In this document: piece after piece, positions 16,589-26,917 of the stretch | Numbering within the stretch: the first letter of the stretch is position 1 | How the letters are laid out: each line of letters begins with the position of its first letter | Assembly (NCBI GenBank): GCA_050735675.1 | Contig: JBOHVN010000244.1 | Location: 17,882 to 81,881, forward strand | DNA: 64,000 nt | Reading direction: 5' to 3' | Origin: Candidatus Binatia bacterium | GTDB lineage: Bacteria; Desulfobacterota; Binatia; UBA9968 | Notes under the pieces: generated by a model | Databases searched by the model: none | The model's input: the letters and a program-made list of their open reading frames with translations, nothing else | Told to the model about the DNA's origin: nothing | Translations under genes and position numbers: made by a program

Positions 16589-17746
16589 TTACTCGCCCGA
16601 CTTCTCGGGGCAAACCGGTAGGGAGATCGCGAAAAGATATTTCTGGTCGATCGAGTCGAGCGGCCGCACTCCCGCAGCCGATAGCAGCGTGTGGGCGGCC
16701 GTGCAGGCGTCCTGTGTATCAACGGGAGCTGCCGGGAGGGGATTCTCTTCGTTGCCGGCGCTATTGATGTCTTGATCGAGCTTGTCGGCGCTAAAGTTGC
16801 CGCTTGCGTAGACTCTCGCGACTGCGGTTAAATTTTCTTTGCCATCCTCCTTTGCGCCGACGATCAGCGCCTGTTTTTGGTTCTTCGGAAAGCTCCGCGG
16901 AGAGGAATAAAAGTTATTTACAATGTTGGCCCGTGCGCCGTACCAGATAAGCGTCCCGTATCCGCCGCGCCAATCCCACACAAGGTTATTTCTCATATCG
17001 AGAGTGGTATCGGTGGCTGCAGTTCCGGCATTGTCGATCGCGACTTGTGGGTTTCTCTGCTGCGCTCCCACAAAGATGTTGTGATGCAGGCTGATTCGTG
17101 AGGGATTATATTTGATCAACATGTTTTTCTGATGATCTCTAGGTTCCGCCAAGATGCTCCAGGAAACGGTCACGTCGCGCGAATCGGTCCCGATATCGAG
17201 ATTGCCATCTTCAGAGCCCTGAATTGAGACGTGGTCGATGACCACGTTATACGCGCCCCTGATAATGTTAATGCCGTCGGACTCTTCCTTGTCGCCTTTG
17301 GTCCCTGCGTCACGTATTCGGATGCCGCGCACAATGACATCATGGGCGCCGCGGCGTCCATTGATGCTGAGGCCGAAATTCTTCAGGGTGATACCAGGGG
17401 ACGGCGCTGTGAAGCCGTCAATGGTTATGAAGGCGCCCCTGACGCCGACAGTCTTCGTGAGAACAATCTCTCCCGCCACAGCGAAGACGACGGTCCGATT
17501 TCCCTTCAATACGGCATCACGGAAGCTGCCCGGCCCCGAATCATTGAGGTTAGTAACGCGGACAATGGTCTTTCCCGAGCCTCCCGGCGTCTTCGCTCCG
17601 AAACCCTGATAGGGCGCTTGGAGAGCTTTCTCCTGAGTGTTGACGCCGCTGGATGCCACGAGCACCAGGGCGGAACTCGCGAGCACTAAAAGCGCCCAGC
17701 CAATCCATGCCTTGCCGCCAAGAAAATTGAAAATGCGCATCTTCAT
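16589..17746 (-). CDS. Secreted PL1 pectate-lyase-like beta-helix protein (paralog 1)
   Basis: A signal peptide is present. Motifs include NLNDSGPGSFRDAV, VVIDHVSIQGSEDGNLDI, VTVSWSILAE and HHNIFVGAQQRNPQV (R-x-P motif). Confidence 0.7.
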   Translation of the reverse strand: MKMRIFNFLGGKAWIGWALLVLASSALVLVASSGVNTQEKALQAPYQGFGAKTPGGSGKTIVRVTNLNDSGPGSFRDAVLKGNRTVVFAVAGEIVLTKTVGVRGAFITIDGFTAPSPGITLKNFGLSINGRRGAHDVIVRGIRIRDAGTKGDKEESDGINIIRGAYNVVIDHVSIQGSEDGNLDIGTDSRDVTVSWSILAEPRDHQKNMLIKYNPSRISLHHNIFVGAQQRNPQVAIDNAGTAATDTTLDMRNNLVWDWRGGYGTLIWYGARANIVNNFYSSPRSFPKNQKQALIVGAKEDGKENLTAVARVYASGNFSADKLDQDINSAGNEENPLPAAPVDTQDACTAAHTLLSAAGVRPLDSIDQKYLFAISLPVCPEKSGE

Positions 17747-17783
17747 CCTCTAGTCTTCTATAAGTGTTACCGGAGATTTTGCA

Positions 17784-19283
17784 ATGCCCTCAATGAGCCA
17801 AGTGAAAATCATCGCAACGATCGGACCAGGCAGCAACACGGCTTCTGCGCTCACGGCCCTGCTGCAAGCCGGCGCCAACGTGGCCCGCCTCAATGGATCG
17901 CACGCCGATTTGGGATGGCACGCCGCCACGATCAAATTGCTCCGCGAAGTGGTGCCGCAAATGCCGATCCTGCTCGATGTCCCCGGCCGCAAGATCCGCA
18001 CCGGCGCTTTAGATCACGAACCCAGCTTCCAAGCGGGCGATACTCTGGTGCTGACCACGTCATCTGATCACAACGGCCATTTCAAGGTGCCGGTGTCGTA
18101 TCTCAACCTGCACGAAGATCTTTCCCCGGGCGACACGATCCTGGCTGATGACGGCCAGTTGCGGTTCACCGTAGAATCGGTGCTCGGTCGCGACATCGTC
18201 TGCAAAGCCGAGGCGGCTGGAACGTTACGCAGCAGAAAAGGCATCAACTGTCCCGGGGTCACGTTGCGCACGGCGATGGTGACGGAACGCGACCGGGGAA
18301 TGCTGGCGTTCGCGAAAGAACATGGCATTGATTTTGTCGGGATCAGTTTCGTGGAAAGCGCCGAGCACGTGCAGGCGATTCGCGCCGCGATCGGCGAAGC
18401 GAGCCCGCGGATCGTCGCTAAGATCGAGACGCCGGTGGCGCTCGAACACTTGGAGGAAATCATCGCCGTTTCCGACGCGATCATGATCGATCGTGGCGAC
18501 TTGGCCGTTGAAACGAATCTGTATGGTATCGCGCTGCTGCAGAAGCGGATCTTGAACGCGGCTCGCCAGGCAAACAAGCCGGCTATCGTAGCCACTGAGA
18601 TGCTCCATTCCATGATCACCAGTCCGGTCCCGACGAAAGCCGAAGTCACCGATATTACCAATGCGGTCCTCGATGGGGCCGCGGCGGTTATGCTTTCAGG
18701 CGAAACGGCCGTCGGGCAGTTCCCGGCCGCCGCCGTGACGACCATGCGTCAGATAGCCGACAGAGCGTCCGCCCATTTGCAATCGATGTTGGACCATGAC
18801 GGCAGGCGGGAAGGCTTCAGCGTGCCGGAGGCAGTAGGGGACGCGATCGCGCTTATATGCCGCCGCCTGCCCGTAACCAAGATCGTAGCGGTTACGATCG
18901 CCGGTTATGCCGCGCGCACAGTGGCCATGCACATGCCGCGGCAACCTATACTGGCCGTCAGCAATGATCCCATCGCGGCTCGCAGTTTTCATATGCTGCC
19001 TGGAACCGAAGGTATCTATGTAGATATCCCGTTCGTGCGGACCAGTACCGACCATATTCCCAAATGCCTGGAGGCGTTGTGGCGATGCGGGAAATTGCTG
19101 GACGAGGATCTGGTGCTGGTTACGTCGGTCGGCTACCCCAGGTCAGGCAACCGCATGAATTTGATTCAAACGCATCACGTAGCTGATCTACGCGAAAGCC
19201 TCGGATGGGTATCCGTGCTGCACAAGTCACTGGCCGCGTCGGTTATCATAGTTCCTTTGGGAACCCCTTCACCGCCGCTGTAG
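17784..19283 (+). CDS. pyk: Pyruvate kinase
   Basis: It has KIIATIGPGSN, ARLNGSHADL and LLDVPGRKIRTG. It also has MIDRGDLAVE and IVATEMLHSM. Confidence 0.85.
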   Translation: MPSMSQVKIIATIGPGSNTASALTALLQAGANVARLNGSHADLGWHAATIKLLREVVPQMPILLDVPGRKIRTGALDHEPSFQAGDTLVLTTSSDHNGHFKVPVSYLNLHEDLSPGDTILADDGQLRFTVESVLGRDIVCKAEAAGTLRSRKGINCPGVTLRTAMVTERDRGMLAFAKEHGIDFVGISFVESAEHVQAIRAAIGEASPRIVAKIETPVALEHLEEIIAVSDAIMIDRGDLAVETNLYGIALLQKRILNAARQANKPAIVATEMLHSMITSPVPTKAEVTDITNAVLDGAAAVMLSGETAVGQFPAAAVTTMRQIADRASAHLQSMLDHDGRREGFSVPEAVGDAIALICRRLPVTKIVAVTIAGYAARTVAMHMPRQPILAVSNDPIAARSFHMLPGTEGIYVDIPFVRTSTDHIPKCLEALWRCGKLLDEDLVLVTSVGYPRSGNRMNLIQTHHVADLRESLGWVSVLHKSLAASVIIVPLGTPSPPL

Positions 19284-19437
19284 GCTGCCGCCAAGGCGTA
19301 CTTAGATCGGGACACTATGGCTGGAAAGTCATTGCTCAGTCACCATAGCCTTATCGAAGAACGAGTCCTTCAAATAATGCTTTCTAAATCGCCATGATAG
19401 TCACATCTGACCGTGGAACGGCTTATCGAGGAAACTT

Positions 19438-20767
19438 ATGAACATTGCTGTGGTGGGAACGGGTTATGTCGGTCTTGTCACCGGAGTGTGCTTCGCGGAA
19501 TTCGGCGTTAACGTGATCTGTGCCGATAAGGATCAGCAGCGGATCGCCCAATTGGCCGAAGGAGAAAGTCCGATTCATGAGCCGCGCCTCTCTGAAATGC
19601 TCCAGCGGAACCTTCAGCAACGACGTATTCAGTTTACCAGCGACACCGAACACGCGATTAAACACTCACTGGTCGTGTTTATCGCGGTCGGCACCCCGGC
19701 GAAAGAAGACGGCTCTGCCGATCTTAACTATGTTGAAGAAGTCGCCGGAGTCATCGGAAAAAACCTCGACGGTTATAAAGTTATCGTGACCAAAAGTACG
19801 GTGCCGGTGGGAACGGGCAAGAAGATCGAAAATATTATTCGCGCGGCCAATGGCAACGGCTCTCGGGGAGCCCTTTGACGTCGCTTCCAATCCGGAATTC
19901 CTACGTGAGGGATCAGCGATTGAAGACTTTCTTCGGCCCAACCGAGTGGTCATAGGAGCGAATAGTCCGCAGGCAATTGCGATCCTGCAGGATCTCTATC
20001 GTCCGCTGTATTTAATCGAGACACCTTTCATCATCACCAGTATCGAGGCCGCCGAGTTGATCAAGTATGCCGCGAACAGCTTTCTCGCGCTCAAGATCAG
20101 CTTCATCAATGAGATGGCGAACCTATGCGAGGCATTGGGGGTGGACGTTCATGTGCTGGCGAGGGCGATGGGCCTTGACCAACGTATCGGTCCGAAGTTT
20201 TTGCATCCGGGGCCGGGATTCGGCGGTTCGTGCTTTCCGAAAGACACACAAGCGCTGGCCCAGAGCGCGAAAGAACACGGCTGCAGTGCCCGTTTGGTTG
20301 AGGCCCTCGTACAAGTCAACGAACAACAGAAGCTACGAATGGTGGAAAAGATTGTCGGCGCGTTGGGAGTCTCCTCTAACAACGGGGGCTCACTGAAAGG
20401 TATGACCATCGGATTGCTCGGGCTCGCCTTCAAGCCGAATACCGATGACGTGCGAGATGCGCCATCGATTACGATTACTAAAGAACTTCAGCGCCGGGGC
20501 GCTCGCGTCCAAGCATTCGACCCGGCGGCCATGGAGCAGGCCCAGCAACTCTTGCCCGAAGTGGATTACCGTTCCGATCCGTACCATACAGCGCAACAGG
20601 CAGACGCTTTGGTCCTGCTTACCGAATGGAATGAGTTTCGTAATCTGGAATTGAATAAAATTAAAGAGCTGATGCGCCGGCCCTTGTTCTTGGACCTACG
20701 CAATGTCTACGAGCCGGATAGAGTCAAATCTCTGGGTTTTGAATACTATGGCGTAGGCAGGAGCTGA
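19438..20767 (+). pseudogene. ugd: UDP-glucose 6-dehydrogenase interrupted by a single-nucleotide frameshift
   Basis: The N-terminal ORF (19438..19878, VVGTGYVGLV Rossmann) and the C-terminal ORF (19850..20767, NPEFLREG, GFGGSCFPKD catalytic Cys) overlap in different frames. Removing one G from the run at 19865..19868 restores one ORF. Confidence 0.8.
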
Positions 20768-20771
20768 CACC

Positions 20772-21968
20772 GTGGCCGAAGACAAGAGACGAAATAAGAT
20801 TGCTCACGTCATTACCGAATCCGCACCCTACGGAGGCGCCCAGCGCAATACGTTTCTTACCGTGAAGGGGCTCATAAAGGATGGATATGACGCTGAACTG
20901 ATCTGCGGTCCGGGAGGCCCCCTGATCCAAGAGGCGAGGGCCGCCGGAGTTCCGGTTCACGTGATGGCGGATCTCGTTCGCCCGGTGGATCCAGTAAAAG
21001 ATTGCCGTGCCCTGCTTCGATTGTACCGGTTATTTCGATCCAGGCGTTATCACATTGTCCATACCCATTCGGTCAAGGCGGGACTGCTTGGCCGGCTCGC
21101 CGCTTGGTGCGCGGGAGTCCCGCTGATAATTCACACGCTTCACGGCGTTCCCTTCCGGATAAACAAGGATTTAAAGTCGCGGTTCTACATCGTCTACGAA
21201 CGGCTTTTGGGACTCATGACGCGCTGTTTCGTCTGTGTCGGCGAGGTGCTTAGACAAGAGATATCGGCCTGGAAGATAGCACCGGAGAAAAAGCTGGCGA
21301 CGATATACAGCGGTATCGACTTTTCCTCCTATGCGCCACGACACACGGCGCTCGAGACCAAGCGAAAGCTCGGTGCCGAAGGAGCATGGCCGATCGTTGG
21401 ATGCATCGGCCGCCTCTCTGAACAGAAAGCGCAACATTACCTCGTTGAGGCCGTGGCGCTTCTGATCGACAAATATCCGCAGATCAAATTACTGCTTGTG
21501 GGCGAAGGGAGGCTCCGGTCGCTTCTGGAGAAACAAATCGGAGACCGTGGCCTCTCGTCCAATGTTTCCCTGCTCGGGGAGCGCGACGACATCGCCGATC
21601 TCCTCAACGTGTGCGACGTTTACGCGATGTCCTCGCGGTGGGAAGGCGTCGGGCGGGCTTTGACCGAAGCAATGCATATGGCGCTTCCGGTGGCAGCGAC
21701 TTCGGTCGATGGGGTCACCGAGCTCATCTATCATGAAAAGACCGGCCTGCTCGTTCCACCCGAGAATCCCTGGGCGCTGGCCAACGCAATCGACCGACTG
21801 GTTTCGGACCGCGAGCTCGCAAAACGCTTGGGATTGAACGGTCGCCAGCGTGTGAAAGAGCTGATGGATGGCGAGCGGATGGTCCTGGCGTTAGAAGAAC
21901 TCTACCAAAAACTAAGCGATCCGTCGGCATCGCCTCTGGCTGACTTTTCGCGAGCCAAGATCGTCTGA
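20772..21968 (+). CDS. Glycosyltransferase family 4
   Basis: GTG start. It has KIAHVITESAPYGGAQ and YAMSSRWEGVGRALTEAMHMALPVAATSVDG. Confidence 0.85.
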   Translation: MAEDKRRNKIAHVITESAPYGGAQRNTFLTVKGLIKDGYDAELICGPGGPLIQEARAAGVPVHVMADLVRPVDPVKDCRALLRLYRLFRSRRYHIVHTHSVKAGLLGRLAAWCAGVPLIIHTLHGVPFRINKDLKSRFYIVYERLLGLMTRCFVCVGEVLRQEISAWKIAPEKKLATIYSGIDFSSYAPRHTALETKRKLGAEGAWPIVGCIGRLSEQKAQHYLVEAVALLIDKYPQIKLLLVGEGRLRSLLEKQIGDRGLSSNVSLLGERDDIADLLNVCDVYAMSSRWEGVGRALTEAMHMALPVAATSVDGVTELIYHEKTGLLVPPENPWALANAIDRLVSDRELAKRLGLNGRQRVKELMDGERMVLALEELYQKLSDPSASPLADFSRAKIV

Positions 21969-22031
21969 CCGCGTTCCGGTGGGAGATCTCTACACCGTTG
22001 TCCCTTAGATCGGAAAAGTATTTTCCCGACG

Positions 22032-22460
22032 ATGTCCAGATGGAAAAACTCGGCCTGGCGGTGGACAAGATTGCTGCCGCTACTCCTATGGATCGCGATG
22101 ATTCTGTGGATCGCTTCCAGACCAAAGACGAGCTTTTTCCCTTCAGATGTTAAGACTTTTCTGGGCATGCCACGAGAATGGCTCCAATACCCTTATCATT
22201 TTAGTGCCTTTTTTATTTTGGCGTTTCTTTTCCGCCGATCTTTTTCCGGATCGACCAATCATATGAGTGAGTATAAGTTCGCGGTCTTCTCGCTTCTCGG
22301 CTGTGCCCTCGTTTCTGTCTGTTCCGAGGCACTCCAGTTCTATGTTCCAACGCGGACTCCTGCGCTTCGCGATCTAGTGCTCGACCAGTCTGGGGCTGTG
22401 TTAGGGATGGTCATTGTGATGCGGCATTTTTCGGACAAGGTCGGCCGCGGGTGGCAGTAA
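22032..22460 (+). CDS. VanZ-like small membrane protein
   Basis: 142-aa ORF with four hydrophobic segments and a SEALQFYVPTRTPALRDLVLDQSGAVLG pattern. Confidence 0.55.
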   Translation: MSRWKNSAWRWTRLLPLLLWIAMILWIASRPKTSFFPSDVKTFLGMPREWLQYPYHFSAFFILAFLFRRSFSGSTNHMSEYKFAVFSLLGCALVSVCSEALQFYVPTRTPALRDLVLDQSGAVLGMVIVMRHFSDKVGRGWQ

Positions 22461-22477
22461 CGTAAGAAGTTGCGATT

Positions 22478-24403
22478 ATGTGTGGTATTGCCGGTAAATT
22501 GAATTTTCAAGACGCTCGTCCTGTGTCGCGCGGCACCATCGCGCGCATGTGTGCGGTGATTCGACACCGAGGTCCCGACGATGAGGGGATTTACCTGGAC
22601 AAGAATTTCGGCATGGGGATGAGGCGCCTCAGCATTATTGATCTGGTTACCGGCAAACAGCCCATAGAGAATGAGGACGGGTCAATCTGGACGATACTGA
22701 ACGGCGAGATCTACAACTTTTTGGAGTTGCGCGCACTCCTTGAGCGGAAAGGCCACAAATTTTACACCCATACAGACACCGAGGTGATCGTTCATTTATA
22801 TGAGGAATATGACGAAAAATTCGCTGAACACCTGACCGGCATGTTTGCCGTCGCGGTCTGGGACAAGCGCCGAAAGAAGTTGATCTTGGCGCGGGACCGT
22901 CTGGGCATCAAGCCGCTTTATTATTCCGAAGGCCCGAATGGATTGCTGTTCGGATCGGAAACAAAGGCTATTCTACAGGGTGGCACAGAGACAGACATCG
23001 ACTTGCAAGCGCTCCACGATTATCTCTCGTTTAACTATGTGCCGGGGCCGCGTTCAATCTTCAAGCATATCCGCTCCCTTCCTCCCGGGCATGTCTTGAC
23101 GTGTTTGGGAAGGAGCGTGGTGATCAGGGCCTACTGGGAAGTTCAATATCCACCGGCTGCGGCTAACGGCAAGGGCCGCTCCGAGGAAAGTTACTGTGAA
23201 GAACTATACGAGCTCCTGAGCGCCACCGTCAAACAGCACCTGATCAGTGACGTTCCGCTTGGGGTGTTTTTGAGCGGCGGAATCGATTCCAGCACTATCG
23301 TCGCGTTGATGAGCAAGGTCTCCTCCCAACGGATCCAGACTTTTTCTATTGGGTTTGATGAGAAGTCATACAATGAGCTCGACTATGCTAGGGCCGTGGC
23401 TCGCCAGTTTGGTACGGAGCACCACGAGCTGGTAGTGAATCCCAAGATCATCGATCTCCTACCTGAGCTGATAGGTTACTTTGATGAGCCTTTCGCGGAT
23501 AGCTCGGCGATCCCGGTTTACTGTGTCTCAAAGCTCGCCAGGCAACACGTCAAGGTCGCTCTGAGCGGGGACGGGGGCGACGAGGTATTCGCGGGGTATC
23601 ACACCTATGCGGCCTATAAACTTGCCGAACTATACAAACGGTTGCCGCGAAACGTTGCGGCCGAGGTTATCCCGGCGATTGTGAGGCGACTGCCAGTTTC
23701 TCACAAAAAAGTCAGTTTCGATTACAAAGCGAAGCGATTTATCGAGGGCGCCCTGCTGCCCCCGGCAGCGGGCCACTACTCCTGGAAAGTGATTTTTAGC
23801 GAGGACGCCAAAGCCGCGCTTTACGCAAACAATGGGGCCAGTTTTGAGCATCCGCTCCGACTCTACCATCGCATCTATGAGGATTGCGCTTCCGCCGAGG
23901 TACTGACCAGGCTTCAGCATATAGATATGAAGGTATACCTTCCCGACGATATTCTCGTTAAGACGGATCGAATGAGCATGGCTAACTCATTAGAAGCGCG
24001 GGTGCCGTTCCTCGACCACCGGGTGGTGGAATTCGCGGCCTCGCTCCCTGCTGCATTGAAACTGCGGCGTCTGACCAAAAAATATATTCTGAAGCGGACC
24101 ATGTCCCGCGAACTTCCCGCTAAGGTCCTGAACGGCAAAAAGCGCGGCTTTAATGTTCCCATAGCCGGCTGGCTGCGCCAAGAGTTGCGCGACCTGGTTC
24201 ACGAGGTTCTCGGTCCGCAGCGTCTCAAAGAGACCGGGTTTTTCAGGCCCGAGGCAGTTGCGGCGATGATCCGCGACCATGAGCTCATGCGCGTCGATTA
24301 TAGCCGGAACATTTGGTGCCTCCTGGTCTTCATGCTCTGGCATGACGAGTATGTGCGGTGCCCACGGGTGAACGTCCAGCCACCGCTGATGGCCGTCAAG
24401 TAA
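22478..24403 (+). CDS. Asparagine synthase (glutamine-hydrolysing) family amidotransferase
   Basis: It has an MCGI N-terminal nucleophile Cys and HRGPDDEG. It also has the SGGIDSS PP-loop. Length is 641 aa. Confidence 0.9.
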   Translation: MCGIAGKLNFQDARPVSRGTIARMCAVIRHRGPDDEGIYLDKNFGMGMRRLSIIDLVTGKQPIENEDGSIWTILNGEIYNFLELRALLERKGHKFYTHTDTEVIVHLYEEYDEKFAEHLTGMFAVAVWDKRRKKLILARDRLGIKPLYYSEGPNGLLFGSETKAILQGGTETDIDLQALHDYLSFNYVPGPRSIFKHIRSLPPGHVLTCLGRSVVIRAYWEVQYPPAAANGKGRSEESYCEELYELLSATVKQHLISDVPLGVFLSGGIDSSTIVALMSKVSSQRIQTFSIGFDEKSYNELDYARAVARQFGTEHHELVVNPKIIDLLPELIGYFDEPFADSSAIPVYCVSKLARQHVKVALSGDGGDEVFAGYHTYAAYKLAELYKRLPRNVAAEVIPAIVRRLPVSHKKVSFDYKAKRFIEGALLPPAAGHYSWKVIFSEDAKAALYANNGASFEHPLRLYHRIYEDCASAEVLTRLQHIDMKVYLPDDILVKTDRMSMANSLEARVPFLDHRVVEFAASLPAALKLRRLTKKYILKRTMSRELPAKVLNGKKRGFNVPIAGWLRQELRDLVHEVLGPQRLKETGFFRPEAVAAMIRDHELMRVDYSRNIWCLLVFMLWHDEYVRCPRVNVQPPLMAVK

Positions 24404-24483
24404 ACTCTGCCATCCCAAACTGTCGAACAGCATGCGTGCTCCTCTGGAGAGTTTCAAGTCACGACGAAACGGATTGTAGCGAT

Positions 24484-25578
24484 ATGAAAAAGCGATTATT
24501 GGATTTGCTTTGTTGCCCTGATTGTCGGCAGGAGAATTTCGACGTTGTCAGCTACACGGGCGGACAGAATGGGAGTCAGGAAATACTGGAGGGAGAAATC
24601 CGCTGCCTGGGGTGCGAAAGCCGGTTCCCTGTGATCAATAGCATTCCGCGAATGCTGCCAGCCTCGTTACGACGATCTCTGCAGTCGTTTCACCGGGATT
24701 TCTTCGAGCGCCATCCTGAAGTCGTGTCGCGAAATGGCGCAACGGGCACCGATGAGAGAGTAGCGCGGACCTTAGAAGGATACAGTTATCAGCACGTGAA
24801 GTTGGATGACCGTGGCAGAGAGCTTCCGCGCTGGAGGCAGATTTTTCATGAAAGCATTCCTTTGGATTGGAGAGGGAAGGATTTCTTCCGGGGGAAAATT
24901 GGCGCGGATATTGGCTGTGGCGAGGGACGGTTTCTCTATTGCGCTCAGGAGTTTGGCGCGGAGATGGTGGGTCTGGACCTCAGCGAAGGAGTGGAAGTCG
25001 CGCGCAACAATACGGCCGAATCGGCGCGATGTCATGTTGTGCAGGGAGACATTCATCACCTTCCTTTCAAGCCGGGTGTCTTTGATTTCGCTTACAGTAT
25101 CGGCGTGCTCCACCATCTGCCAGATCCACACGATGGGTTTAAGCGGATTCTCCCAGCGGTCAGGCAAGGAGGCAAGGTTTCCATCTGGGTGTATGGGCTG
25201 CGCGAGATGCGCTGGTGGTACCGTCTTTCTCATATGACGTTGTTGCGGGGAGTTGCGCCCCGCTTGCCGCGGTCGGGCCAGTATTGGCTCAGCCTCGCGA
25301 TAGCCGGTTGTCTGGAAGTCGCGATCTGGCTGCCGTGCCGCATAGTATCCCGTTTTCCCGGCGGCCAATCGATCGTTAATCGGATTCCTCTCGGAGATGC
25401 CTGCCGAAGGTCCTTCCGGGCAAAGATCAGAAGCGTCTTTGACCGCATCCAGCCTCCCGTCACGCATTTCCACACTGCGGACGAACTTGACGGTTGGTTC
25501 AAGGAAGCAGGGTTCATGAATATCGCAGTTCTCAACAAAGAGGGCAGAGGGTGGATAGCCGCCGGTGAAAAAGGCTAG
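24484..25578 (+). CDS. SAM-dependent methyltransferase with N-terminal Cys4 zinc-ribbon (Trm112-like)
   Basis: It has a CCPDC...CLGC ribbon. It also has ADIGCGEGRF (motif I) and SIGVLHHLPDP. ATG 24484 was chosen; the ORF is open from 24358. Confidence 0.7.
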   Translation: MKKRLLDLLCCPDCRQENFDVVSYTGGQNGSQEILEGEIRCLGCESRFPVINSIPRMLPASLRRSLQSFHRDFFERHPEVVSRNGATGTDERVARTLEGYSYQHVKLDDRGRELPRWRQIFHESIPLDWRGKDFFRGKIGADIGCGEGRFLYCAQEFGAEMVGLDLSEGVEVARNNTAESARCHVVQGDIHHLPFKPGVFDFAYSIGVLHHLPDPHDGFKRILPAVRQGGKVSIWVYGLREMRWWYRLSHMTLLRGVAPRLPRSGQYWLSLAIAGCLEVAIWLPCRIVSRFPGGQSIVNRIPLGDACRRSFRAKIRSVFDRIQPPVTHFHTADELDGWFKEAGFMNIAVLNKEGRGWIAAGEKG

Positions 25579-25593
25579 CGCGCGGACTGCACT

Positions 25594-26760
25594 ATGAAAA
25601 TCACCCACGTGATCAGCGGACTCACCACGGGCGGCGCGCAGACGATGCTCTACAAGCTGCTCTCGCAGATGGACCGGACGGCCTTTGCCGCTGAAGTCAT
25701 TCCACTCGCGGACGTCGGCTCCCTCGACAAAAAGATCCGGGCGCTGGGGGTCCCGGTTCGGACCTTGGGGATGCGCCCGGGTATACCGAACCCCTGGGGA
25801 GTTCATCGACTTGCCCGCTGGCTGCGACGCGACCCACCGCACCTTATCCAAACCTGGATGTACCACGCCGACCTTATTGGCGGCTTGGCGGCCAAGCTAG
25901 CCGGCGGCATTCCGGTGGCGTGGAACATTCGCCATAGTGACCTCGACGCCAATGGGAACAAACGTAGTACTTATTGGACCGTTAAAGCTTGTGCGGGGTT
26001 GTCCCGCTGGCTGCCTACTCGGATTGTCTGTTGCGCGGAACTCGCTCGCCGGGTCCATATTGAGTTCGGATATGTGGGGGAGAAAATTGTGGTCATTCCC
26101 AACGGTTTTGACCTCATGGACTTCAGACCGGACCCAGCGGCGCGGCTATCCGTGTGTCAAGAGCTTGGTATCGCCAAAGAAGCCTTAATCATTGGATTAG
26201 TAGGTCGCTTTCACCCTCTAAAGGATCACCGCAACTTCATTGACGCCGCTGCGCGGCTCCACACCGAATTGCCGGAGATTCACTTCTTACTCTGTGGCGA
26301 CGGTGTGACGCCTGGAAACACAGAGCTTACCCAATGGATTGCAGCGGGCGGCATCCGTGAGCGCTGTCACCTTCTAGGGCAACGAGATGATATTCCAAGA
26401 ATTAATGCCGCGCTGGACATTGCTTGCTCTTCTTCTTACACGGAGGGGTTTTCCAATGTGATCGGTGAAGCGATGGCCTGCGGTGTGCCTTGTGCCGTGA
26501 CGGATGTGGGGGATTCGGCGCTGATCGTGGGCGACACGGGCAGGGTTGTGCCGGCCAAAAACCCCCAAGCTTTGGCCGATGCGTGGCGGGAATTAATCAA
26601 GATGGGTCCGGAGAAAAGATCTTTACTAGGCGCAGCAGCACGCCGCCGCATTGGAGAGCGGTTCAGTTTGCGGGCGATTGCTGAGCGGTATGAGGAGTTG
26701 TACGAAGAAATCGCGACCCATCTCCCGCCAATGATATCGCCTGCGCCTGTGAATCGGTAG
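25594..26760 (+). CDS. Glycosyltransferase family 4
   Basis: It has MKITHVISGLTTGGAQTML and SSSYTEGFSNVIGEAMACGVPCAVTDVGD. Confidence 0.85.
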   Translation: MKITHVISGLTTGGAQTMLYKLLSQMDRTAFAAEVIPLADVGSLDKKIRALGVPVRTLGMRPGIPNPWGVHRLARWLRRDPPHLIQTWMYHADLIGGLAAKLAGGIPVAWNIRHSDLDANGNKRSTYWTVKACAGLSRWLPTRIVCCAELARRVHIEFGYVGEKIVVIPNGFDLMDFRPDPAARLSVCQELGIAKEALIIGLVGRFHPLKDHRNFIDAAARLHTELPEIHFLLCGDGVTPGNTELTQWIAAGGIRERCHLLGQRDDIPRINAALDIACSSSYTEGFSNVIGEAMACGVPCAVTDVGDSALIVGDTGRVVPAKNPQALADAWRELIKMGPEKRSLLGAAARRRIGERFSLRAIAERYEELYEEIATHLPPMISPAPVNR

Positions 26761-26917
26761 CTTGCCAGGCAACTAGATCCATTACTGATCTATATTTTCT
26801 TTACCCAGTTGGAGAGTTTCTTAACGGCGAATGCGAGGTTAATCTTTATTAGCATTGACGTTTCTCGTGTTGTGATTTTTCCTCGTTTTACGCACGGAAT
26901 GACTCCGGTAAGCGAAA

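Noticed and set aside
19322-19336. A sigma-54-like element, TGGAAAGTCATTGCT, lies upstream of ugd.
   Set aside because: The GG-to-GC spacing is 9 nt (one too short), and the -24 box lacks the CAC.
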